Shown piece after piece: positions 23,505 to 32,000 of a stretch of 32,000 bases of DNA. A program made the translations under genes and the position numbers. The notes beneath the pieces are model-generated. The model saw only the letters and a program-made list of their open reading frames with translations. It was not told the origin of the DNA and did not search any database. Position 1 is the stretch's first letter. Each line of letters starts with the position of its first letter. This DNA comes from Erysipelothrix inopinata (lineage in GTDB: Bacteria; Bacillota_I; Bacilli_A; Erysipelotrichales; Erysipelotrichaceae). The stretch is from assembly GCF_014396165.1 (NCBI RefSeq), contig NZ_CP060715.1:2160001-2192000 (forward strand), in the 5' to 3' direction.

Positions 23505-26500
23505 CGTCTCTCCTCCAAACTCCATGGGCTAAACATTCTTGACTCAAGAACATTAATTAATACTCGTGCTGTATCTAAAGATGTAAAGAGTGGAACACCT
23601 TGTTCCGCAGCAACACGTCGGATCATGAATCCATCACTAAATGCTTGCGTATCCCCACTCACGGTATTAATGATGAAATTAAGTTCATGACTACGAATAA
23701 TGTCGAGTATATCAATATCACTTTCATTTACTTTTGATATCACAACAGCCGGTATTTGATGATTGTTCAAAAACTCTGCTGTGTTTTCTGTTGCAAGCAA
23801 TTCAAAGCCGAGCATAGACAGTCTTTGTGCCATTGGAAGTACTTCTTCTTTATACTTATCCGCAACTGTCAAGAGTACTTTTCCTGTCTCATTAAAGGTA
23901 TGACCGCTTGCGATAAATGCCTTATAGAGTGCTTTCTCTAAGGTGTGGTCCGAACCCATAACCTCTCCTGTAGATTTCATCTCTGGACTCAAGTATGTGT
24001 CGACACTTCTTAATTTTGCAAAGCTAAACACGGGCGCTTTTACATGAACACCATTTACTTCTGCACCGAGTCCCGATGGATAGTCAATTGGGATCCCTAA
24101 CATCGCACATGTTGCAACTTGGGCCATTTGAATTCCCGTAACTTTACTCATAAATGGTACCGTTCGAGAAGCACGAGGGTTTACCTCTATAACATAGACA
24201 TCATCTTTATGAACAATGAATTGAATATTCATCATTCCAACTGTATTCAAACCCAAAGCAAGCTTCGTTGTGATATTGACAATTTTCTCTTGAATCTTTA
24301 CATCGAGGTTTTGAGGTGGATAGACCGCCATTGAATCCCCTGAGTGAACTCCAGCTCTTTCAATATGTTCCATAATTCCAGGAATTAAGACAGTTGTACC
24401 GTCGCAAATCGCATCCACTTCAACCTCTATACCCGAAACATATCGATCAATGAGGACAGGATGTTTGAATGATAATGTTTCAACATGTTCATGAAGTTCT
24501 TGCGTTGAAGTAATAATCTTCATGGATTGACCCCCAAGGACAAAGCTTGGACGAATTAAAACTGGATAACCAATTCTTTCAGCAATCTCTATTAACGCTT
24601 CTTCATTCATCGCACTTGCTCCCTCAGGTTGTTTAATGTCCAACTTGATGAGCGTTTCTGTAAATTGTTCTCTATCTTCTGCACGATTAATATCTTCTAA
24701 TCGAGTTCCAAGAATTGTGACACCTTCTTTTTGAAGCCCTTCCGCAAGATTAATGGCAGTCTGACCTCCAAATTGAACAATTACTCCTTCAGGTTTTTCA
24801 AGTCTCACAATATGCATTACATCTTCATGAGTTAACGGTTCAAAGTACAATTTATCGGCAATTTCAAAATCAGTCGACACAGTTTCAGGGTTGTTGTTGA
24901 TGATGATTGCTTCATATCCCTGTGATTGAATTGCTTGAATACAATGTACTGTTGCATAATCAAACTCCACACCTTGACCGATACGAATGGGACCCGAACC
25001 TAACACGATAATCTTTTTCTTAGTGCTGACAATACTTTCATTTTCTTCTTCATACGAACTATAGAAGTAAGCAACATCACTTTCAAATTCACCACCACTT
25101 CCGTCAACACGTTTGTAACTTGGTTTGAGTGTATGACTACCCACAATTGAGTCCGGTAAGCCATAGTATTTCTGTTGTGCTACATCTGAGCTTTTCTCGA
25201 GTTCGATAATATGTTTAATCTTATTTAAAAAGAAACGATCAATTCGTGTTAATTGATAAACATCTTCAATACTAAAGCCGCGACGCATTGCTTCAGCGAT
25301 AACAAACAGCCTCTCATCAGTTGGTTTGCTCATTAATTGCGAGAGTTCCACATCTTTTTTCTTTTTCAAGGATTCAAGATGAAGCGAATCAATACCAAGC
25401 TCCAAGGATCGTACAGCTTTTAAAAGAGATGCCTCAAGATTACGCGCTAATGCCATGACCTCTCCAGTTGCTTTCATTTGCGTACCCAGTCTTCTGTCGG
25501 CACTACTAAATTTATCAAAAGGCCAGCGAGGAATCTTCGTTACAACGTAATCTACCACAGGTTCACGGAAGGCTTTTTGACCGGGAATGATCGGATGATC
25601 TATTTCATCAAGTGTTTTCCCTATCGCAATCTTCGCGGTAATTTTCGCAATGGGATACCCTGTTGCTTTACTTGCTAAGGCAGAGGAGCGAGAGACTCGC
25701 GGGTTTACTTCTATAACATAATATTGGTCACTAAAGGGATCGAGCGCAAACTGAACATTGCATCCTCCTTCAATTCCCAAAGCAGAGATGATTTTTAAAG
25801 AAGAATTTCGGAGCATAGCAATATCATGGTGAGTTAACGTTTGCGCCGGTGCAAATACGATTGAATCCCCCGTATGTACACCTACAGGATCAAAGTTTTC
25901 CATCGTACATATGACCATCGCATTATCGTCTTTATCACGGATAACTTCATATTCAATCTCTTTATATCCAGAAATATCCTGTTCTACAAGGCATTGATTA
26001 ACTGGGGACATTAGGAGTCCTGAATTTACGATTTCTAGATATTCTGCTTCGTTTTCTGCTCGGCCACCACCCGAACCACCCAATGTATAAGCAGGTCTGA
26101 TAATAATCGGATACCCAATCTCTTTTACGGCTTCTAATGCTTCTTTCTCATTATGAATAATAGCAGAAGGAGCAATCGGTTCGTGAAGTTCTTCCATTAA
26201 GTTTTTGAAGAGTTCACGATCTTCTGCTTTTTCAATAGCTTCAACAGACGTTCCAAGAAGGATGACTCCCAGTTTATCAAGAATTCCTTTATTATAAAGT
26301 TCTATTGCTAGGTTTAATCCTGTTTGCCCACCCAGATTAGGAAGGATTGCATCGATACGTTCTAACTTTAAGATACGTTCTACAAATTCAGTTGTGAGTG
26401 GTTCAATATATACTTTATCTGCAATATTAGCATCCGTCATAATTGTTGCGGGATTTGAGTTCACTAGAACAACTTCATATCCCTCTTCACGAAGTGCTAG

Positions 26501-26593
26501 ACATGCTTGGGTACCTGCATAGTCAAATTCCGCAGCCTGACCGATAATAATTGGACCCGATCCAATGACAAGAATTCTTTTGATTGTTTTCAT
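23501..26593 (-). CDS. carB: Carbamoyl-phosphate synthase large subunit
   Basis: Duplicated ATP-grasp halves ([24 protein letters not shown] and [23 protein letters not shown]) plus a C-terminal MGS-like allosteric domain. At 1030 aa it is ~40 aa shorter than the E. coli and B. subtilis enzymes, mainly in the central oligomerisation domain. Confidence 0.95.
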
Positions 26594-27588
26594 TAGTGTT
26601 GCTCCTTTTCTTGTTTCATATTCTCTATGAATGTTTGAATAATGGACTCAGTTCTTGGATCACTCTCCTCATAGTCATATCCATAAATGGATTGATATGA
26701 GTACTTATATGCCAAAGTAACATCAGTATTTAAATCTTTTTCTAACGTCATTACATGTTCATCTATCACTTTAAAACCACCGTATAATGATTTAACTAGT
26801 TGTGGTTTCATCGCTGTGGTCTGCGAGGAATCAAACATTCTATTTTCGGGTAACACTCCAAGTAGAAGATGTGCCCCCAATCCCAATCCAAGAATTGGAA
26901 TTGATTTAAAGTTTGATTTGATTGCTTCAATGTGATTGTCTTGTACTTCATTAGCCAGAGATCCATTGCTTAGCAAAATGCCTTCCGGGTAAGTTGCGTC
27001 TATGGTTTCAATCGAACTTGTGTATGGCAAAACGGTGATATGACACTGATGATTCATGAGATTTTGAATCATTGTTTGATTCACACCAAAATCAAGAATT
27101 GTAACCCGAGGCCCTTTTCCTTGAACTTGATAAGTTCCATTAATATGCTTGATACTTGGTTTTTCATCACTCGATTTTGAAGATTCTAATGTATCAGAAA
27201 TTATCGCAGTTTTAATGTTATTCTGTCGTATGTAACGTACAAGTCTTCGGGTATCAATATCTTTAATTCCTGGTATTTTATTCAGTATCATTGCTTCTTC
27301 CAGTGATTTTTGAGATCTCCAGTGGGATGGTGTCATTGAATACTGACGCACAATTACTCCGGAACATCCCCCTTGCAACGATTGGTCATCTTCAATGTTT
27401 ATTCCAGAATTTCCAATACTGGGATAAGCATAAATAACAATTGTTTCTTCATTGTTGGGTGATGTCATTACTTCTTGATATCCTTGTGCACCAGTATAAA
27501 TTTTTAAGGATCCTGAAACTACTGATTGGTACCCAAAGGCTTGTCCAATAAATACTGTTCCATCTTCCAAGATTAAATAACGTTCCAT
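26593..27588 (-). CDS. carA: Carbamoyl-phosphate synthase small subunit homolog with a degenerate glutamine-amidotransferase active site
   Basis: The N-terminal CPSase-sm domain is recognisable ([37 protein letters not shown]). In the GATase half the nucleophile elbow reads [12 protein letters not shown] where PxFGICLGHQLL is expected, and there is no HPE motif. ATG at 27588 (MERYL). TAATG overlap with carB and a 16-nt overlap with the pyrC end. Confidence 0.85.
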   Translation of the reverse strand: MERYLILEDGTVFIGQAFGYQSVVSGSLKIYTGAQGYQEVMTSPNNEETIVIYAYPSIGNSGINIEDDQSLQGGCSGVIVRQYSMTPSHWRSQKSLEEAMILNKIPGIKDIDTRRLVRYIRQNNIKTAIISDTLESSKSSDEKPSIKHINGTYQVQGKGPRVTILDFGVNQTMIQNLMNHQCHITVLPYTSSIETIDATYPEGILLSNGSLANEVQDNHIEAIKSNFKSIPILGLGLGAHLLLGVLPENRMFDSSQTTAMKPQLVKSLYGGFKVIDEHVMTLEKDLNTDVTLAYKYSYQSIYGYDYEESDPRTESIIQTFIENMKQEKEQH

Positions 27589-28832
27589 ACAATCTCTCCT
27601 TCGACTACTGTCAGAGCACACATACCTTGAAGTTTGGCACCGATAAAGGGTGTGTTTATTGATTTTGATTTAAATTCTGTTTCTTTTACGGTATGTTCAG
27701 TTTCTAAATCGAATACTGATATATCAGCCGATTGGCCAACACTGAGACTTGACCCCTTGAGATTGAATAACTTAGCCGGCTTCAAACTCATCCAATCTTG
27801 AACTTGAGCTAAAGTCATCATGCCTGTTTTAATGAAATGTGTGTATATCAGTGCAAAGGCAATTTCACTGCCTGTGATTCCAAATGGGCTACCCACAAAT
27901 CCTGATTCTTTATCTTCAACAGTATGCGGTGCATGATCGGTTGAGATAATATCGATCGTACCATCAAGAAGTCCACCAATAAGTGCCTGTTGATCCTCAA
28001 TCGAGCGTAAGGGTGGATTCATCTTATAATTTGCATCATCACAGCAAACATCCATTTCATTTAAGATGAGATGATGTGGCGATACCTCGGCTGTAACCCG
28101 TACTCCGATCGTTTTTCCAAAACGAATGGCTGCGATACTTTCTTTGCTTGAAACATGACAAACATGATAATGACATCCCGTTTCTTTCGCAATCAAAATA
28201 TCACGAGCTATTTGAGAGGATTCTGTAATGCCCATAATCCCTGGCAATCCCAATTCTTTATTACGAATTCCTTCATGCATCACACCTCCATATAGCAAGC
28301 TTTCATCTTCTGTATGGGCGACAATCGGTTTATTAATGCGAGCAGCTTCTTTCATCGCTTGATACATGGTTCCCGATGTCTGAACACCAACACCATCATT
28401 GGTATAAGCAAATGCATCCATGGCTTCCATATCCACGAGTTCATCAGAACGAAGATTCATTGTAATCGGTGCATACTGATGAACATGAACCACTGCATCC
28501 CTGACGATAATGTCTTTAATATCATTCATTTTTTTGACGGTATCCGGTATGGGATTGGTGTTAGGCATCGCACAAATTGTTGTGAATCCACCTCGAGCTG
28601 CTGCATTACTTCCAGTCTTTATAGTTTCTTTATCGGTAAAACCTGGTTCTCTAAGGTGGACATGAACATCAACCAATCCAGGCATCACAAGTTTCCCACC
28701 TAAATCAATCACTTCATCTCCCTGTAAATCGTTTCCTATCGCGACGATAACACCTTTCTCAATCGCAATATCAACACACTTTAACGTATTCCCTCTGACT
28801 ATTTGTTTTCCATTTTTTAATATAAGTTTCAT
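27573..28832 (-). CDS. pyrC: Dihydroorotase
   Basis: GLVDVHVHLREPG, AMPNTNP, HVCHVSS and STDHAPH metal-ligand motifs. ATGA overlap with the pyrB stop. Confidence 0.93.
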   Translation of the reverse strand: MKLILKNGKQIVRGNTLKCVDIAIEKGVIVAIGNDLQGDEVIDLGGKLVMPGLVDVHVHLREPGFTDKETIKTGSNAAARGGFTTICAMPNTNPIPDTVKKMNDIKDIIVRDAVVHVHQYAPITMNLRSDELVDMEAMDAFAYTNDGVGVQTSGTMYQAMKEAARINKPIVAHTEDESLLYGGVMHEGIRNKELGLPGIMGITESSQIARDILIAKETGCHYHVCHVSSKESIAAIRFGKTIGVRVTAEVSPHHLILNEMDVCCDDANYKMNPPLRSIEDQQALIGGLLDGTIDIISTDHAPHTVEDKESGFVGSPFGITGSEIAFALIYTHFIKTGMMTLAQVQDWMSLKPAKLFNLKGSSLSVGQSADISVFDLETEHTVKETEFKSKSINTPFIGAKLQGMCALTVVEGEIVWNVI

Positions 28833-29713
28833 TTTTTCTCCTCCATTATTTTTTCAAGTATCGCCATTCTCATATAGACACCATTCGTCATTTGCTCCAC
28901 AATCCGTGATTGCTTCGATTCCACCAAACAACCCGAAATTTCAACATCACGATTCACTGGAGCTGGATGCATGATAATTGCATGATCTAAAAGTGATTCA
29001 TATCGTTTTTCTGTCAACCCATACAATTCATGATAGGTTTCTTGCGTTGTCTTCATAGCATCTTCATGACGTTCTAGTTGAATTCTTAGCAACATCACGA
29101 CATCCACTATTTTTAAGGCATCATCCAGTTCAATATATTCACCAAAGTCTAAATAAGATTCATCAAAGAACTTTTCAGGTCCCGAGAAATAGACTTGGGC
29201 ACCCATTCTTTTTAATAATTTCATATTAGACATAGCAACCCGAGAATGACGGATATCTCCAACAATCACAACTTTTAATCCGACGATTGTTTTGAATTCA
29301 TCAACAATCGTCATCATGTCAAGAAGGGATTGAGATGGATGCGATCCACATCCTGAACCAGCATTAACAATGCTAATATTTAATGGTTTTAATGTTTCAT
29401 AGAAATCATTGTCACCATGCCGAATCACGGCAACATCCGCTCCTAAAGCCTGCATTGTCAACACCGAATCATACAAACTCTCGCCTTTATTTACTGAACT
29501 TGTACTCACATCAAAATTCATTGTATGTAACCCTAATTTATGTTCTGCCATTTCAAAACTATGTTTCGTTCGCGTGCTATTTTCAAAAAACATATTCACA
29601 ACTGTTCCACAAAACTTAGGTAATTCACTTCCCTCTTTAAATTTGATCGCTTGAGTTATCAAATTAGCGACTGTTTCTATTTCTAAATCATCGACACTTA
29701 AGAAATTTTTCAT
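28829..29713 (-). CDS. pyrB: Aspartate carbamoyltransferase catalytic subunit
   Basis: FFENSTRTKHSFE, HPSQSLLD and HPAPVNR motifs. GGAGGAAG RBS. Confidence 0.93.
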   Translation of the reverse strand: MKNFLSVDDLEIETVANLITQAIKFKEGSELPKFCGTVVNMFFENSTRTKHSFEMAEHKLGLHTMNFDVSTSSVNKGESLYDSVLTMQALGADVAVIRHGDNDFYETLKPLNISIVNAGSGCGSHPSQSLLDMMTIVDEFKTIVGLKVVIVGDIRHSRVAMSNMKLLKRMGAQVYFSGPEKFFDESYLDFGEYIELDDALKIVDVVMLLRIQLERHEDAMKTTQETYHELYGLTEKRYESLLDHAIIMHPAPVNRDVEISGCLVESKQSRIVEQMTNGVYMRMAILEKIMEEKK

Positions 29714-29726
29714 TCTCTTCCTCCAT

Positions 29727-29755
29727 AAAAAAACCTGAACTTACTAAAGTCCAGG
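29727..29755 (-). terminator. Intrinsic terminator (attenuator) in the pyrR-pyrB intergenic region
   Basis: The minus strand reads CCTGGAC-TTTAGTAA-GTTCAGG followed by TTTTTTT, just upstream of the pyrB RBS. Confidence 0.7.
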
Positions 29756-29810
29756 CAAGAAACATCAAAATGTGTTTTCTCTTCTGGAACTCTCGGAACC
29801 AATTAAAGTG
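29756..29810 (-). promoter_or_regulatory. Possible PyrR-binding / antiterminator leader segment preceding the pyrB attenuator
   Basis: The minus-strand RNA contains CUUUAAUUGGUUCCGAGAGUUCCAGAAGAG, with two imperfect matches to the PyrR box (UCCAGAGAGG). GUUCCAG could pair with CUGGAC of the terminator's left arm. I could not fold it unambiguously by eye. Confidence 0.4.
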
Positions 29811-29820
29811 AAATCACGAC

Positions 29821-30372
<552 letters not shown>

Positions 30373-30403
30373 ATTAAGAATACTTTAATGGTATGAACTC
30401 TTT

Positions 30404-30434
30404 CCTTCGCTGCCTCACAGGACAATGTTAAAGG
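30404..30434 (-). promoter_or_regulatory. PyrR-binding loop (PyrR RNA element) in the pyr leader
   Basis: The minus-strand RNA CCUUUAACAUUGUCCUGUGAGGCAGCGAAGG has the same layout as the Bacillus binding loop (CCUUUAA...GUCCAGAGAGGCUG...AAGG, from memory). An A-U to U-A swap in the upper stem (CCAG/CUGG becoming CCUG/CAGg) preserves the pairing. Confidence 0.6.
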
Positions 30435-30447
30435 ACTTCTTTTTATC

Positions 30448-30476
30448 ATCATAACGCGACATTTATTCTAAGTCAA
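30448..30476 (-). promoter_or_regulatory. SigmaA promoter of the pyr operon
   Basis: The minus strand reads TTGACT, a 17-nt spacer, then TATGAT, placed so that the transcript begins just upstream of the PyrR-binding loop. Confidence 0.5.
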
Positions 30477-30559
30477 CTCAAACTCACTCAAACATGATGA
30501 AATATTTTATTTGTCTTGAAAATATGTTTTATGTTTTATATACATTTTAGAAATTATTA

Positions 30560-30587
30560 TTGCAAACGCTTAGATTATATGTATAAT
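30560..30587 (+). promoter_or_regulatory. SigmaA promoter (TTGCAA, 16-nt spacer, TGtATAAT-like extended -10) for the PTS EIIC gene
   Basis: TTGCAA at 30560-30565 and TATAAT at 30582-30587, with TG two nt upstream of the -10. Confidence 0.55.
30561..30574 (+). promoter_or_regulatory. Possible cre site overlapping the -35 of the EIIC promoter
   Basis: TGCAAACGCTTAGA against TGNAANCGNWNNCW has one mismatch (G for C at position 13). Confidence 0.35.
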
Positions 30588-30622
30588 TGGTTTTAGTAAG
30601 GGCTTTCGCCCGAGGAGGGAAT

Positions 30623-31903
30623 ATGGAAAAAGCATTAGCGTGGATAGAAGAAAAACTTCTCCCACCATTATCGAAGTTAGCGGAACAGCGACATTTACAA
30701 GCTGTACGTGATGGTATTATCTCAACAATGCCAATGATTATGATTGGAAGTTTCTTTGTATTAATAGTAAACTTCCCAGTTCCAGCTTGGAAAGAATTAA
30801 TTGCGCCTTATGTTGCACAAATTATGATTCCGTATAGAATCACTGTCGGTCTTATGGCTGTTTATGCAGCATACGGAATGGGTAGCGTTCTCGCTCAATC
30901 TTATAAACTTGATGGCACATCAGGTGGGGTTTTATCACTGGGTGCATTCTTAATGACAATTGTTCCACAAGTTGCGGTATCTGAGGCAACAGGGAATTCT
31001 TTAGGTTTCACACTTCCAATGACCTATCTTGGTGGTGCAGGTATGTTTACCGCAATCCTTTCAATGATTATTGCAGTTGAAATTCTTCGTTTCTGTAAAG
31101 AACATAACGTCACCATACGCATGCCTGAACAAGTGCCACCTGCTGTTGCACGTTCATTTGAGGCAATTATTCCGGGTATGATTGTAATCACTTTAATGTG
31201 GTTCGTTGCAGTTATCTTAAAAATTAATATTAACGAAGTACTCATGGGAGTTTTCTCACCACTTGTAAGTATTGCTGGTAACTCCTATGCTGGTGTCATT
31301 ATTCCAGTCTTACTCATAACGATTCTTTGGTCTGCAGGAGTCCATGGTGTCTCAGTTATAGGATCCATTATGCGCCCTATCTGGATTGTTCTTTTAGAAC
31401 AAAATATCACAGCTGTAGCAGAAGGTCGTGTCGCAACAAACATCGGTACTGAAGGCTTCTTCGATCTCTTTGTTTGGATTGGCGGATCAGGAGGAACATT
31501 AGCTCTTTGTGTCTTAATGTTATTCTGTAAATCATCGTACCTAAAACAAATTGGTAAGTTATCCATTGTTCCAGGTATCTTTAACATTAATGAACCTGTA
31601 GTATTTGGAGCACCCATTGTGGTTAACCCCATTCTAGCCATTCCATTTATAGTTGGACCAGCAATTACCACAACAATTACTTATATTGCAATGAAACTTG
31701 ATTTAGTAGCACGTGTTAGTGTCGTAGCACCATTTGCGGTTCCAGCTCCAATTAAGGCCTATCTTTCAACAGGTGGTGATTGGCGAGCTGTCATATTAGT
31801 ACTTATAAACTTTACAATTTCTCTATTAATTTATTATCCATTCGTGAAATCTTACGATAAAAAACTTTTGGCTGAAGAAGTCATTACTGAAACTATAGCC
31901 TAA
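30623..31903 (+). CDS. PTS lactose/cellobiose-family EIIC permease component
   Basis: GAGGAGGG RBS before the ATG at 30623. MEKALAWIEEKLLPPLSKLAEQRHLQAVRDGIISTMPMIMIGSFF is the characteristic N-terminus of cellobiose-type EIIC, followed by ~10 TM segments. The track's TTG extension from 30587 is rejected. Confidence 0.9.
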   Translation: MEKALAWIEEKLLPPLSKLAEQRHLQAVRDGIISTMPMIMIGSFFVLIVNFPVPAWKELIAPYVAQIMIPYRITVGLMAVYAAYGMGSVLAQSYKLDGTSGGVLSLGAFLMTIVPQVAVSEATGNSLGFTLPMTYLGGAGMFTAILSMIIAVEILRFCKEHNVTIRMPEQVPPAVARSFEAIIPGMIVITLMWFVAVILKININEVLMGVFSPLVSIAGNSYAGVIIPVLLITILWSAGVHGVSVIGSIMRPIWIVLLEQNITAVAEGRVATNIGTEGFFDLFVWIGGSGGTLALCVLMLFCKSSYLKQIGKLSIVPGIFNINEPVVFGAPIVVNPILAIPFIVGPAITTTITYIAMKLDLVARVSVVAPFAVPAPIKAYLSTGGDWRAVILVLINFTISLLIYYPFVKSYDKKLLAEEVITETIA

Positions 31904-31925
31904 TTTAAAACTAAATAAATATAAA

Positions 31926-31976
31926 AGAGCCATTAAGCTTGTGATGAAACACAGCAATGGCTCTCTTTATTATTTT
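31926..31976 (+). terminator. Rho-independent terminator after the EIIC gene
   Basis: AGAGCCATT...AATGGCTCT stem, extended internally by GCTTGTG/CACAGC pairing, followed by CTTTATTATTTT. Confidence 0.65.
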
Positions 31977-32000
31977 GAACATAGAAATCAAAAAAGTATC

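Noticed and set aside
23505-23525. N-terminal extensions proposed by the ORF track: pyrK to 23525, carA to 27621, EIICB to 16216, EIIC from 30587, glvA to 13940, lipoprotein to 10299, paralog 1 to 11145, pyrR to 30339, 64-aa protein to 10762, LytTR to 3199
   Set aside because: In every case an internal ATG is preceded by a well-spaced GGAGG-like RBS and matches the conserved N-terminus of the family. The longer starts lack an RBS or overlap it.

Overview
This is a low-GC Bacillota-type chromosomal segment; a cell-walled Firmicute host, possibly Erysipelotrichia- or Bacilli-like, is only a guess. It falls into three blocks.

(A) 1-2830: on the minus strand, yhaM' (partial), a GT4 glycosyltransferase fused in frame to RecX, and a pyrR paralog. 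A plus-strand tRNA-Trp follows, with its own promoter and terminator.

(B) 2830-12546: a visibly more AT-rich accessory islet abutting the tRNA.
- a LytTR-only regulator
- a decayed IS3-family element with inverted repeats, an A_AAA_AAG slippery site and three inactivating lesions
- an intact orphan 416-aa protein with a coiled-coil and a C-terminal PD-(D/E)xK-like motif
- about 1 kb of gene debris
- an intact Zn-ribbon + DUF4145-like protein
- about 0.8 kb of AT-rich non-coding DNA
- IS256-family and IS3-family transposase remnants
- a co-directional run of ten small membrane or secreted protein genes, including a tandemly triplicated 2-TM family and two sORFs absent from the ORF track

I found no integrase, CRISPR array or rRNA.

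(C) 12547-32000: core genes.
- an alpha-glucoside PTS/GH4 operon (two RpiR regulators, EIICB, a membrane protein, glvA-like) with a sigmaA promoter overlapped by a cre site
- a CsbD-like stress protein
- a CDA-fold deaminase
- an LPXTG-anchored GH18 enzyme
- a pyrR-pyrB-pyrC-carA-carB-pyrK-pyrD operon with PyrR-type attenuators
- a cellobiose-type PTS EIIC

The observations most worth follow-up:
- the orphan nuclease-like protein and the DUF4145 protein in the tRNA-flanked islet, as candidate novel defence genes
- a CarA whose glutaminase Cys-His triad is lost although the gene is intact and translationally coupled
- the GT4::RecX fusion
- the triplicated small membrane protein family

All homology statements come from by-eye motif recognition; no database search was run.
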